Counted from the first letter of the whole stretch, positions 8,794 to 18,322 are shown. The stretch is 63,735 nucleotides of DNA, filler included, from Coriobacteriales bacterium (GCA_031263105.1; 6 parts of 6 records of this genome joined end to end with filler, not necessarily neighbours in it), one strand, 5' to 3'. Made by a program: numbers and translations. Notes: generated by a model not told the origin, from the sequence alone.

Positions 8794-9897
8794 ATGTACG
8801 ATTACCTCATAGTGGGCTCAGGGCTTTTCGGCGCGGTCTGCGCCCGCGAGTTGACGGACAAGGGCAAGCGCTGTCTGGTCATCGACCGGCGCGACCATCC
8901 GGCCGGCAACGTGTACACCGCGACGCAGGACGGCATATGCGTCCATGTGTACGGCGCCCACATCTTCCACACCGACGAGCGCGCCCTGTGGGACTACGTC
9001 AACCGCTTCGCCGAGTTCAACAACTTCGTCAACTCGCCGATCGCCAGGTACCACGACGAGGTCTACAACCTGCCGTTCAACATGAACACCTTCCGGCAGA
9101 TGTGGGGGATAGCCACGCCCCAGCAGGCGCGCGAGATCATCGAGGCCCAGCGCCGCGAGATACCGGGCGAGCCGCGCAACCTCGAGGAGCAGGCGATATC
9201 GCTGATCGGCCGCGACCTCTACGAGAAGCTGGTCAAAGGCTATACCGAGAAGCAATGGGGCCGCCGCTGCGACGAGCTGCCCGCCTTCATCATCAAACGG
9301 CTGCCCGTGCGCTTCACCTTCGACAACAACTACTTCGACGACCGCTACCAGGGCATCCCCTTGGAGGGCTACACGGCGCTCGTCGAGGCCCTGCTTGCGG
9401 GCATCGAGACCAGATGCGGCGTCGACTACCGCGACCTCGGAGGCCCAAAGGAGCTTGAGGGCCTGGCGAGACGGACGATATTCACCGGCCAGATCGACGA
9501 GTTCTACGGCTTCCGTTTCGGCGCGCTCGAATGGCGGAGCCTGCGCTTCGAGACCGAGACCCTTGAGACGGACAACTACCAGGGCGTCGCCGCCGTCAAC
9601 TACACGGACAGCGAGACGCCGTTCACGCGGATCATCGAGCACAAGCACTTCGTGTACGGGACGCAGCCGCAGACGGTCGTCTCCCGCGAGTACCCGCTCG
9701 ACTGGGAGAAGGGCCTCGACGCCTACTACCCCGTGAACGACGACAGGAACCAGGCGCGCTTCTGTCAGTACGCAGAGCTGGCCGCCCAAGAGGAGGCCTT
9801 GGTCTTCGGCGGCCGCCTCGGCACCTACCGCTACTACGACATGGACGACGCCATAGCCGCCGCCCTCGCCCTGACGCAACAGGAGCTGCAGCGGTAG
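8794..9897 (+). CDS. glf: UDP-galactopyranose mutase
   Basis: YDYLIVGSGLFG, YGAHIFHT, YTEKQWG, TRIIEHKHF, YYPVND, GRLGTYRYYDMD. Confidence 0.97.
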   Translation: MYDYLIVGSGLFGAVCARELTDKGKRCLVIDRRDHPAGNVYTATQDGICVHVYGAHIFHTDERALWDYVNRFAEFNNFVNSPIARYHDEVYNLPFNMNTFRQMWGIATPQQAREIIEAQRREIPGEPRNLEEQAISLIGRDLYEKLVKGYTEKQWGRRCDELPAFIIKRLPVRFTFDNNYFDDRYQGIPLEGYTALVEALLAGIETRCGVDYRDLGGPKELEGLARRTIFTGQIDEFYGFRFGALEWRSLRFETETLETDNYQGVAAVNYTDSETPFTRIIEHKHFVYGTQPQTVVSREYPLDWEKGLDAYYPVNDDRNQARFCQYAELAAQEEALVFGGRLGTYRYYDMDDAIAAALALTQQELQR

Positions 9898-10136
9898 CGT
9901 GGGTCGGGGAGGGGGCTGAGGGCTGAGGGAAGATGCTACAAGCTGGCCGAGTCGAGCGCATCAACAGGCCCTTGAGGTCGACCGGTCGTGCCCTATCGTT
10001 TTCGCGGAATCTACCATATTTATAACGATTCCGCATAAACGTTTTTGTCATTTTTGAATTTCCCCATGTCGCTTTGCGCAAAGGGTTGCGGAATCGTGGT
10101 AGAATATCCCATATTCCGCACTGTCGAATGGGAGTA

Positions 10137-11564
10137 ATGATGGAATCGAACATCTTTGGCAGAGCCAAAGAGATCGACATACTTAAACGCAGCCTGGTAT
10201 CGACAGGCTCTGAGTTCATTGCTGTCTACGGGCGTCGACGCGTTGGAAAGACATTCCTCGTCAAAGAACTACTGGGGAACAGTTTTGTTTTCTATGCTAC
10301 GGGAATTCTCGATGGGAACATGGCCGTTCAACGGGAAAACTTCAATGACGAGATTGAGAACTTCGGCGGGAGAAACCTACCTCGGGCAACGGATTGGCGT
10401 GGGGCCTTTGCGAACCTGAACCGACTGATCGAGCAATCGGACCGTGAAGCCAAGAAAGTCGTTTTTCTGGACGAGATGCCGTGGATGGCCACAGCGAACT
10501 CTGATTTTCTTTCGGCGTTGGACTATTTCTGGAACCGTTGGGCCTCTACGCGTCATGACGTTCTCCTGATTGTCTGCGGCTCCGCAACATCCTGGATTAT
10601 CGACAAGATCGTGAACGGTGTCGGTGGGTTGCATAACCGCCTGACGCGTCAGATGATGCTCCGTCCGTTCTCACTGGGAGAAAGCGAGGGCTTCTGCCAG
10701 AGCAGAGGCATTTCGATAAGCAAATACCAGCACATCGAAGCCTATATGATGTTTGGGGGGATACCATACTATCTCAGCCTTATGGACGAGCGCCTCAGCC
10801 TGTATCAGAATATCGACACCCTGTACTTCGAGCATGATGCGCCTCTGCGAAACGAGTACGATAACCTCTATCGCTCCCTCTTCAGAAAAGCGGACAGGCA
10901 CATACAAGTCATAGAGGCCCTCGCGCAGAAGGGCAAGGGACTGACTCGTGAGGAGCTTGTCGGCGCCACAGGACTGACAGACGGAGGCGGTCTGACAAAG
11001 GTTTTGGAAGATTTGGATAACAACGGCTTCATTCGTGTGTATCGGGCATTCGGAAAAAAGGCAAAAGGACGCATCTATCAACTCATGGATCCTTTTACCC
11101 TTTTCCATCTGCGCTTTGCGGAGAGGCGGGCGACCTTCAGCGATCGGTATTGGCTCCAGTTCGTTCTGACGCCTGCCTACCATGCCTGGAGCGGCATAGC
11201 GTTCGAGAGGGTCTGCATGCAGCATATCTCCCAAATCAAGCAGGCGCTCGGTATTTCCGGTGTGCTCACGGAGATCTCAGCGTGGCGGAGCAGGGAGGAA
11301 GACCCCGGTGCCCAGATAGACTTGGTGATCGACCGTCATGACAGGACAGTCAACCTCTGCGAAATGAAGTTCGCTTCAACCGAACTGACGGTAGATAAGC
11401 GTTTGGCAGAATCTTTGCGGAGCAAACGCGCCGCGTTCCTGTCCGAGACCGGCACGGATAAGTCGGCGGCAACGACGCTCATCAGCCCGCTCGGGATAAG
11501 GTCAAATAAATATTCAGGCGAGATTCACTCATCCGTCAGCGCTGCGGATCTGTTTGCGAACTAG
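10137..11564 (+). CDS. AAA-type ATPase with C-terminal PD-(D/E)XK-like domain, paralog 2 (lower GC)
   Basis: Same motifs as 687-2105: GRRRVGKT, VVFLDE, GGIPYY, QIDLVIDR...NLCEMK. Confidence 0.8.
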   Translation: MMESNIFGRAKEIDILKRSLVSTGSEFIAVYGRRRVGKTFLVKELLGNSFVFYATGILDGNMAVQRENFNDEIENFGGRNLPRATDWRGAFANLNRLIEQSDREAKKVVFLDEMPWMATANSDFLSALDYFWNRWASTRHDVLLIVCGSATSWIIDKIVNGVGGLHNRLTRQMMLRPFSLGESEGFCQSRGISISKYQHIEAYMMFGGIPYYLSLMDERLSLYQNIDTLYFEHDAPLRNEYDNLYRSLFRKADRHIQVIEALAQKGKGLTREELVGATGLTDGGGLTKVLEDLDNNGFIRVYRAFGKKAKGRIYQLMDPFTLFHLRFAERRATFSDRYWLQFVLTPAYHAWSGIAFERVCMQHISQIKQALGISGVLTEISAWRSREEDPGAQIDLVIDRHDRTVNLCEMKFASTELTVDKRLAESLRSKRAAFLSETGTDKSAATTLISPLGIRSNKYSGEIHSSVSAADLFAN

Positions 11565-11622
11565 CCGCCTTCTTTGGTGTGTCATATACCGAAGCTCTTG
11601 AACTGAGGCTTATTCTGTGATG

Positions 11623-11656
11623 TTGCAATTTCGCTCAAAAGGTGTAAAATTACACC
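11623..11656 (+). promoter_or_regulatory. Putative promoter with overlapping operator palindrome
   Basis: TTGCAA (11623)...TAAAAT (11645); GGTGTAA-aa-TTACACC palindrome (11641-11656) overlaps the -10, upstream of an HTH gene. Confidence 0.5.
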
Positions 11657-11698
11657 AGAGAAGCACTCAATCGGTGCTTCTCTGAGCGAAAGGCAGGC

Positions 11699-12142
11699 AT
11701 GGACAGAGCGGGGTTCATAGCGATCTGTGACTCCAAGGTGAAGCTGGTGCGGGTGGAGCATGGCTTCAGTCAGGAGAGGATGGCCTCTGCCCTCGGCCTG
11801 TCGAAGAAAACCTTGGTCGATATCGAGAAGGGCCGCCGCTCGCTCGGTTGGATGGGCTCCGTCGCCCTCTGCACGATCTTCGCCGAGAGCGAGGTGCTCT
11901 CCGGGGTCTTCGGGGGAGGCGCAACGGACATCGTCCTGGCGCTGGCCTTCGAGGGCAGTCAGCCGAGCTACCGCAAGACGACAGGGGTGCGGATATGGTG
12001 GCAGGTCCTTAAAGAGAACGAGCAGTACGTGATCCAGCAGAACATCCTCTCGCAGCATTATCGGCTTTTGGACAGGGAGGGGCGGCGCATCGTCTCGTCG
12101 TTCGACATCGACGACCTGCTGCCCCTGTTCCAAGAAAGGTAG
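11699..12142 (+). CDS. XRE-family helix-turn-helix regulator
   Basis: VRVEHGFSQERMASALGLSKKTLVDIEKGR HTH. Confidence 0.8.
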   Translation: MDRAGFIAICDSKVKLVRVEHGFSQERMASALGLSKKTLVDIEKGRRSLGWMGSVALCTIFAESEVLSGVFGGGATDIVLALAFEGSQPSYRKTTGVRIWWQVLKENEQYVIQQNILSQHYRLLDREGRRIVSSFDIDDLLPLFQER

Positions 12143-12148
12143 GACGAG

Positions 12149-12655
12149 ATGTACTCAGGCAACATGTTCCTGACCCTTATGCTCTATGCAGTACCGGTGA
12201 TGCTCGTCGTCCTCATCGTGGTGCTTGTGGAGGTTTCGAGGCTCAAGAGGGAGATAAGCGAGCTTCAGGGGCGGCAGGACGACTTGGAGGCCCTGCGCGG
12301 GCAGCCTGTTGTCTCGCCCGGGCGGCCCGTTTCCCCGCAGCCTGTCGGGCAGCCCGGGCAGCCTGTTACCGGGCAGCCCGCCCCCCAGCAGCCCGCCCCG
12401 CCGCCTTGGCCCGCCGCCCCGTCCGGGCAGCCTGTGTCCGGGCAGCCCGGGCAATCTGCGGCCCCGTACCCCGCGTCCTCGCAGTTCGCCCCCCATCTCG
12501 CCCCTCAACGGCCCGCCCCCCAGCCCCAGCTCGCCCCCCAGCCTCAACCTGCGGCCCCGTACCCCGCCCCCCAGCCCCATCTCGCTCCCCATCCTCAGTC
12601 CGCGCATCAGCCTTTCCCGCCTCCCCACACCTCCGCCCAGCCTCCCTCCCTTGAG
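12149..12655 (+). CDS. Membrane protein N-terminus (TM, coiled coil, Pro/Gln-rich; DUF2339-like), cut by gap
   Basis: N-terminal TM, RLKREISELQ coil, PQ-rich linker; ORF open into the N spacer. Confidence 0.5.
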
Positions 12656-12755
12656 NNNNNNNNNNNNNNNNNNNNNNNNNNNNNNNNNNNNNNNNNNNNT
12701 TAATTAATTAANNNNNNNNNNNNNNNNNNNNNNNNNNNNNNNNNNNNNNNNNNNN
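12656..12755. other. Artificial contig-joining spacer (also 36929-37028, 42326-42425, 50203-50302, 57803-57902)
   Basis: Identical 100-bp N-run/TTAATTAATTAA/N-run with stops in all frames. Confidence 0.97.
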
Positions 12756-12871
12756 CCCCGCGGGGGGGGGGGGGGGGGGGGCAGCGGGACGCGAGGCGGC
12801 AGCGGAGTGTGGGCACTCTTGCCCTGCTGCATGCCATGCCTTGTCGCAGCTTCGCCAAGTGCGGTGCGCGA

Positions 12872-13597
12872 TCAGGGTGCGAACAGGGCAAGGGCCTGTT
12901 TGTTGGGTTCGACGAAGCGGGGCTTCACCAGGCGTTCCAGGGCGGTTTCGAAGGCCGACCGGGGCAGGTCGATGGCTCCGGTGGACAGGGCGGCTCCGAG
13001 CAGGACGACGTTGAGGGCACGCGGCAATCCGACGGCGGCGACGGCGCGTGCGCCATCGACGGCAAGGAGCCTCCCGATGCGGCCGCACGCCTCGCAGGCA
13101 TGCAGATAGTCGAGCTCGGCGGTGCCGTCGTAGGCCACGGTGCCGAGGGTCGCCGTCACCGGCTTCTGCGTCTGCCTTGCGGTTACGACGGTGCCGCCTT
13201 CGCGCAGGTAGGCGAGGGCGCGCACGGTCTCTCCCGGCTCGAAGCCGAGCAGCAGGTCGGCGTGTCCCAAGGGCACGAGGGGGCTGAGCGGGTGAGCGTG
13301 ACAGTGAGCGTGACAGCGGGGACGGTACTGTTTTGTCACCGCCCGCGCATGCGCGGGCTGTGACAAAACAGTACCGTCCCCGCTGTCACGCTGCACCGTC
13401 CCCCCTGTCACACCCTCCCCCTGGTGCGGCGGCGACCCGATGCGCACGTGGCCGAGGACGCTGCCGCCGCGCTGGGCCATGCCGATGGTCTCGGCGGTAC
13501 GGACTGTCCGCCCCTCAAGCAGGGCCGCCTGTGCGAGCAGCTTGGAGGCGAGGACCGTTCCCTGTCCGCCGACGCCGGCGACGACGAAGTCGCTCAT
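12872..13597 (-). CDS. iorB: Indolepyruvate:ferredoxin oxidoreductase beta subunit
   Basis: GVGGQGTVLAS, AETIGMAQRGGSVLGHVR, ADLLLGFEP, NVVLLGA; directly downstream of iorA. Confidence 0.92.
   Translation of the reverse strand: MSDFVVAGVGGQGTVLASKLLAQAALLEGRTVRTAETIGMAQRGGSVLGHVRIGSPPHQGEGVTGGTVQRDSGDGTVLSQPAHARAVTKQYRPRCHAHCHAHPLSPLVPLGHADLLLGFEPGETVRALAYLREGGTVVTARQTQKPVTATLGTVAYDGTAELDYLHACEACGRIGRLLAVDGARAVAAVGLPRALNVVLLGAALSTGAIDLPRSAFETALERLVKPRFVEPNKQALALFAP
13307..13392. repeat. Family B 86-bp near-perfect palindrome inside iorB
   Basis: 33-bp perfect arms AGCGTGACAGCGGGGACGGTACTGTTTTGTCAC around an 18-bp palindromic centre; one mismatch overall. Confidence 0.9.
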
Positions 13598-15951
13598 CGC
13601 TTGCCGCCCGCCGTCGAGCAGGCCGCCCCCGCCGTCTCCGCCCCGCCCGCCGCCGTGTCAGGAGCGCCTCCGTTCGTCCCGCCCGCCGTCCCGCCTTTGT
13701 CGGCAACGGGCGCGATGGCATCAAAGGCACAGAGGGAGGCACAGAGGCCGCAGCCATAGCAGAGCGCCTTGTCGACGGCGACCTGGTCGTCTTGCACCAT
13801 GAGCGCGGGGCATCCGATGCTGCGGAAGCAGACGAGGCAGCCGGTACAGGCCTCATTCGAGACGGCCATGCGCGGCTTCGGCGCAGCGACCGTGATGCAG
13901 GGGGCCCGGAAGACGACCGCGCTCGGCCCTTTGAACGCAACGGCGGCCCGCACCGTCTCGATGGCGCTGCGCGTCTCAAAGGGGTCGGCCTCGGCGACAT
14001 GCCCCACGCCCAAGGCACGCAGGATACCGGGTATGCGCAGCGCGCGCTCCGCGTCCCGCGCGGAGGCGTCGGCGCTCATGCGCATGCCGGTTCCGGGATG
14101 GGGCTGGGAGCCGGTCATGGCGGTGGTCGAGTTGTCGAGTATGCAGAGGGTGACGTCCGCCTGGTTGTAGGCGGCGTTCACCACGCCGGTAAGCCCGCTG
14201 GCAAAAAAGGTCGAGTCGCCGACGAACCCAAGGTGCGCCACGTCGGGCTGCGCCCAGTCCATGCCCTGCGGGATGGTGAGTCCCGCCCCCATGCACACGC
14301 AGGTGTCCACCATGTCGAGCGGCAGGGCGTTGCCGAGGGTGTAGCAGCCGATGTCCCCGCTGAACACCGCCTTGCGGCCCCGAAGGGCACGCTTCACCGC
14401 GAAGAACGACGCCCGATGGGGGCAGCCGGCGCAGAGCACGGGCGGCCTCGCAGGGAGCGTTGGCGCAACGGGCGTGTCGGATGCGGAGGGAGCGGGCGGG
14501 GCGGCGGATGTGGTGGGAGCGGCGGGCGCAACGGAGGCTGTCTGTGGGGAGAAGTTCGGGCCGTGCGGGACGGCGCCGCCCCGCATGCCCCCGCTCTTCT
14601 CCCCAAGCTGCTCCTGCAGATACGCCCTGAGCTGCTTCTCGATCGAGGCGACCGAGTTCTCGCCCGCCGTTGCCGCATGCCCCGTGAGCTTGCCGTGTAT
14701 CTCGACGGGCAGGTGGTGCCTGCCCGCGCATTGCAGCAGCTCCCGCTCGATGACCGGCTCAAGCTCCTCGAAGACGAGCACTTTGTCGAGGCCTTCGAGG
14801 AAGGCGCGGGCGGCCGTCTCGGGGAAGGGGAAGGGCGTGCTGACCTTGAGCAGGCGCAGCGGAACCCGCGCGGCAGGGGAGTCCTCTTGGGCGTTACCGT
14901 ACACCCCCCCACTCACCCCCCCACTGTCACCCCGAGCCACCCCCCCACTGTCATTCCGAGCGAAGCGAAGGTCCTTCGCTGTGCTCAGGATGAACTCCGC
15001 CGAGGAATCCTTGGGCGCATCAGCGCCCAACTGCAGCCGGGGGGACGCATCTGCCCGCAGTCGGCTGCTTCGCAGCCGAAGATTCCTCGGCTTCGCTCGG
15101 AATGACAGTGGGGGCGTGTACAGTAACTCTTGGGCGAGTTGCGCGAGTGCGTCGTGCAGGTAGGCGTAGCTGATGCCCCCTGCGGCGATGCCGATCGTCG
15201 CATCTTCCGCCTCGAGCTCGCGCCCCGCCTCCGCCTCGCAAGCGCCCGCCGCCGCACCGGCCCCCAGCCCGCTGAACTCCGCAGCAATCCTCGCCAGGCG
15301 CTCGTTGATCTCGAGGTGCCCCTCGAAGGCGCGGCGGGGGAAGACCACCCAGCGCGGCCCCCGGGAGAAGCCGTCTATCGCATGGGGCACGAAGGCGACC
15401 TCGGTCTCGACCGGTGCCGTGCCATGGCAGATGCGGGTGGTGGGGCGGACGATGACCGGCGTCGCGTAACGTTCCGAGAGGTCGAAGGCGTAGGGCACCA
15501 TCGCAAGGGCCTCCTCGGGGGTCGAGGGGTCGAGGAGGGGCACCTTGGCGAACTGCGCGTACTGCCGCGTGTCCTGCTCCGTCTGCGACGAGATGGGCCC
15601 GGGGTCGTCGGCGACGATGAGGACGAGGCCGCCCTGCACGCCGAGGTAGGGCAGGGACATGAGGGCGTCGGAAGCGACGTTGAGACCCACCTGCTTCATG
15701 GTCACGAGGGCGCGTGCGCCTGCGAATGACGCCCCCGCCCCCACCTCGAGCGCGGCCTTCTCGTTCGTGGACCACTCGACGTGGACGGCGGGTCGGCCCG
15801 TGCCGTCAAGGCCGAGGGCGGCAACGTGCGCCGCCATCGCCTCGAGCACCTCGGAGGACGGGGTGCCGGGATAGCCGCTCACCACGTTGACGCCCGCCCT
15901 GAGCGCACCAAGGGCAAGCGCCTGGTTTCCCATGCAGAGCTCGAGGCTCAT
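13594..15951 (-). CDS. iorA: Indolepyruvate:ferredoxin oxidoreductase alpha subunit
   Basis: GYPGTPSSE, WSTNEKAA, SSQTEQD, RPPVLCAGCPHR, GDIGCY, GDSTFF, LDNSTTAMTG, two C-terminal 4Fe-4S motifs. Confidence 0.95.
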   Translation of the reverse strand: MSLELCMGNQALALGALRAGVNVVSGYPGTPSSEVLEAMAAHVAALGLDGTGRPAVHVEWSTNEKAALEVGAGASFAGARALVTMKQVGLNVASDALMSLPYLGVQGGLVLIVADDPGPISSQTEQDTRQYAQFAKVPLLDPSTPEEALAMVPYAFDLSERYATPVIVRPTTRICHGTAPVETEVAFVPHAIDGFSRGPRWVVFPRRAFEGHLEINERLARIAAEFSGLGAGAAAGACEAEAGRELEAEDATIGIAAGGISYAYLHDALAQLAQELLYTPPLSFRAKPRNLRLRSSRLRADASPRLQLGADAPKDSSAEFILSTAKDLRFARNDSGGVARGDSGGVSGGVYGNAQEDSPAARVPLRLLKVSTPFPFPETAARAFLEGLDKVLVFEELEPVIERELLQCAGRHHLPVEIHGKLTGHAATAGENSVASIEKQLRAYLQEQLGEKSGGMRGGAVPHGPNFSPQTASVAPAAPTTSAAPPAPSASDTPVAPTLPARPPVLCAGCPHRASFFAVKRALRGRKAVFSGDIGCYTLGNALPLDMVDTCVCMGAGLTIPQGMDWAQPDVAHLGFVGDSTFFASGLTGVVNAAYNQADVTLCILDNSTTAMTGSQPHPGTGMRMSADASARDAERALRIPGILRALGVGHVAEADPFETRSAIETVRAAVAFKGPSAVVFRAPCITVAAPKPRMAVSNEACTGCLVCFRSIGCPALMVQDDQVAVDKALCYGCGLCASLCAFDAIAPVADKGGTAGGTNGGAPDTAAGGAETAGAACSTAGGKR
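14893..15127. mobile_element. Family A MITE, complete 235-bp copy in frame inside iorA
   Basis: Starts GTTACCGTACAC, ends GTGTACAGTAAC; perfect 8-bp TSD TCTTGGGC at 14885-14892 and 15128-15135. Confidence 0.92.
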
Positions 15952-16005
15952 GTTGTCCTGCTCGGGCGGGCGTGCGGTCGTTGCGTGCGGCCTGTCGGAC
16001 GCGGC

Positions 16006-17895
16006 CTACTCGCCCGCGCCCGCAGCGCCCGCATCGGCGCCCTCGGCACCTGCGTCGGTGCCCGCGTCGCCCTCGCCCTCGGCTGCGCCCTCGCCTGCGT
16101 CAGCGCCTGCGTCAGCGCCCTCGCCTTCGGCGCCCGTGCTGTCCCCGTTGACGGAGAGCAGCTCGATGTCGAAGGTCAGGGTCGCGTTCGCAGGGATGCT
16201 GCCCTGGCCGGCCTCGCCGTAGGCGAGCGACGGCGGGATGACGAGCTGGCGCGAGCCGCCCACCCTCATGCCGGGAAGGCCCTGGTCCCAGCCCTGGATG
16301 ACCTGGCCTGCGCCGATGGTGACCGGATAGGGCTCGCCCCTCTCGACGGAGGAGTCGAAGACCGTCCCGTCCTCCAGATAGCCGGTGTAGTGCACCATGA
16401 CCTCGTCGCCCTCTTTGGCCTCCGGCCCGGTTCCCACGACGATGTCGGTCTTCACGAGCTCGCCTGTGTCGGTTTCCGTCCCTTCGTCCCCGGCCGTGTC
16501 GGCGAGGGCCATGTCCACTGCGTAGGAAAGCCCTTCCGGCATGGGGTTGATGACGACCTCGTCCGAGTTGACAAGGTCGTCGAAGTACGTCTGCTGCGCC
16601 TCCGACTTCTTCTGGCTGACGAAGGTCTCGGTCAGCTTCTCGACGAGGCTTGTGGGAACGGAGGCGAAGTCGATCGTCGGCTCGGGTGTGGTCGTGACGT
16701 CGCCCTCAGCGCCGCCCTCGGTCCCGGCCTCGCCCTCACCCTCGGTCGCCGCTTCGGCTTCGGGAGCATCCTCGCCTTCGGTCCCGCCCTCGCCCTCGGT
16801 TGCAGGCGTGGCATCGGGCAGGACGAACTCCTCGGTCCACTTGACGATCATAAAGGCGTACTGCGGCGTGGTCTCGTCCCCAAAGTTCGTCTCGAGCACC
16901 TCGGATATCTCGTTCACGGGAAGGGCGTCAAGGGCCGCCTGCACGTCCACGGGAAGCGTCTGGGCGGCGCCCCAGCCGAGGTCGCCTCCGTCGGTCTGGG
17001 CATTGGCGGCTTGCGAGTACTCCTTGGCGACCTCGTCGAAGTCGGTGCCCTCGCGCAGCTTCGCGAGGGCCTCGTCGGCCTTCGGCCTCACGACGTCTGC
17101 CGTGTTGGCCGACGTTTCGACCGCCGCGTCCCCGTCACCGGCATCTGCGGTGCCGTCTCCGGCACCCTCCGTGCCGGCATCCCCGGCCGCCGCGTCCCCG
17201 GTGTCCCCAGTACCCTCGGTGCCAGTGCCGTCCCCGGCATCTGCGGCCCCTTCGCCCTCCGTGCCCGTATCCTCGGCAGCAGGCGCGTCGAAGGGCAGGT
17301 AGATCACAGAGACGCGCTTGCCGGCATAGGGGGAGGCGTTCTCGACCACATAGGTCTCGATCTCCTCCTGCGTGGGCGTGGCATCGGCGACCTGTGACTC
17401 CACGAGCTGCTGGGAGACGTTGCGCGCCTCGAGCTCCGTGCGGTAGGCGGCCTCGCTGGCGTAGCCCATGGATTTCAGATAGTCCTCATAGGTGCCATCG
17501 GAACCCTCGATGCTCTTCTTGCTGTCCTCGATCTCCTGGTCGATCTGCGCGGCGTCCGGCGTGATGCCCGCCGCCTCGGCCCTCTGCAGGATGAGCGTGA
17601 AGATGGCGAACTGGTTGCGGATGACGAACTCCCTGATCGTCTCGGGGGTGAAGTTCGCGTTCTTCAGCAGCTGCGCCCATGCGACGTCGTCTCGGGGCTC
17701 CCCTGTGGTCTGGTCGAGCCGGAAGCTCTCGATGCGGACGGTCACGTCGGCCTCGGATATCTCGGTGCCGTTGACCGTTGCGGCGACCAGTGACACGGGG
17801 TCGGCGGGCTTTGCGCAGCCGATGAGCGCTACGCTCAGGAGCAGGGAAAGCACCAGTGCACTGGCGGTCGTTATGACGCTTCTCGTGAATCTCAT
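16006..17895 (-). CDS. Lipoprotein foldase: SurA-N/PrsA-like, parvulin-like and C-terminal FKBP PPIase domains
   Basis: Lipobox LIGC; AATVNGTEI; FDEVAKEYS...GGDLGW (parvulin-like); VHYTGYLEDGTVFDSS, QVIQGWDQG, IPPSLAYG (FKBP). Confidence 0.85.
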   Translation of the reverse strand: MRFTRSVITTASALVLSLLLSVALIGCAKPADPVSLVAATVNGTEISEADVTVRIESFRLDQTTGEPRDDVAWAQLLKNANFTPETIREFVIRNQFAIFTLILQRAEAAGITPDAAQIDQEIEDSKKSIEGSDGTYEDYLKSMGYASEAAYRTELEARNVSQQLVESQVADATPTQEEIETYVVENASPYAGKRVSVIYLPFDAPAAEDTGTEGEGAADAGDGTGTEGTGDTGDAAAGDAGTEGAGDGTADAGDGDAAVETSANTADVVRPKADEALAKLREGTDFDEVAKEYSQAANAQTDGGDLGWGAAQTLPVDVQAALDALPVNEISEVLETNFGDETTPQYAFMIVKWTEEFVLPDATPATEGEGGTEGEDAPEAEAATEGEGEAGTEGGAEGDVTTTPEPTIDFASVPTSLVEKLTETFVSQKKSEAQQTYFDDLVNSDEVVINPMPEGLSYAVDMALADTAGDEGTETDTGELVKTDIVVGTGPEAKEGDEVMVHYTGYLEDGTVFDSSVERGEPYPVTIGAGQVIQGWDQGLPGMRVGGSRQLVIPPSLAYGEAGQGSIPANATLTFDIELLSVNGDSTGAEGEGADAGADAGEGAAEGEGDAGTDAGAEGADAGAAGAGE

Positions 17896-18102
17896 GGAAC
17901 AACCTTTCGTATAAGACCTTGGCGGCACAAGCCCCTCATCAAAGGTGCGCCTGCCAACCCCGGCCTCGCGCCGTGAGGCACGCAGACGAATCGGGCGACA
18001 GGTCCCCTGTGAAAGCCACTCACCTCGACCGAGGAGACAGACAATCATATATTGTCTCACAACCCGCCCCCTCCTGTCATCTTGCGTCCCTGTGGTACCA
18101 TC

Positions 18103-18285
18103 ACTACTGTCATTCCGAGCGCATCGGAGCTCCACTGTCATTCCGAGCGCAGCGCAGCGGAGCCGAGGAATCTTTGGACACGCAGTGTCCAACCGGGCCG
18201 GTCGGACACTGCGTGCCCGAGGATTCTCACGCTGTGCGCCCTTGCGGGTCCTCCGCTCAGAATGACAGTGGGGAGCGACCAGTAA
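18103..18285. mobile_element. Family A MITE copy with duplicated left arm; no clear TSD
   Basis: Two ACTGTCATTCCGAGC arms, internal GGACACGCAGTGTCCAAC module, right arm CTCAGAATGACAGTGGGG. Confidence 0.7.
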
Positions 18286-18322
18286 GCGACCAGCAACTAC
18301 CCGAGAAAGGAGGGGAGGCCGC

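Noticed and set aside
12656..12755. TTAATTAATTAA palindrome in N runs, five times
   Set aside because: Identical 100-bp artificial linker used to join contigs; not biological
14893..15127. Intein or self-splicing intron as explanation for the iorA insert
   Set aside because: No intein terminal residues or group I/II intron features; the TIR and TSD identify a DNA transposition product
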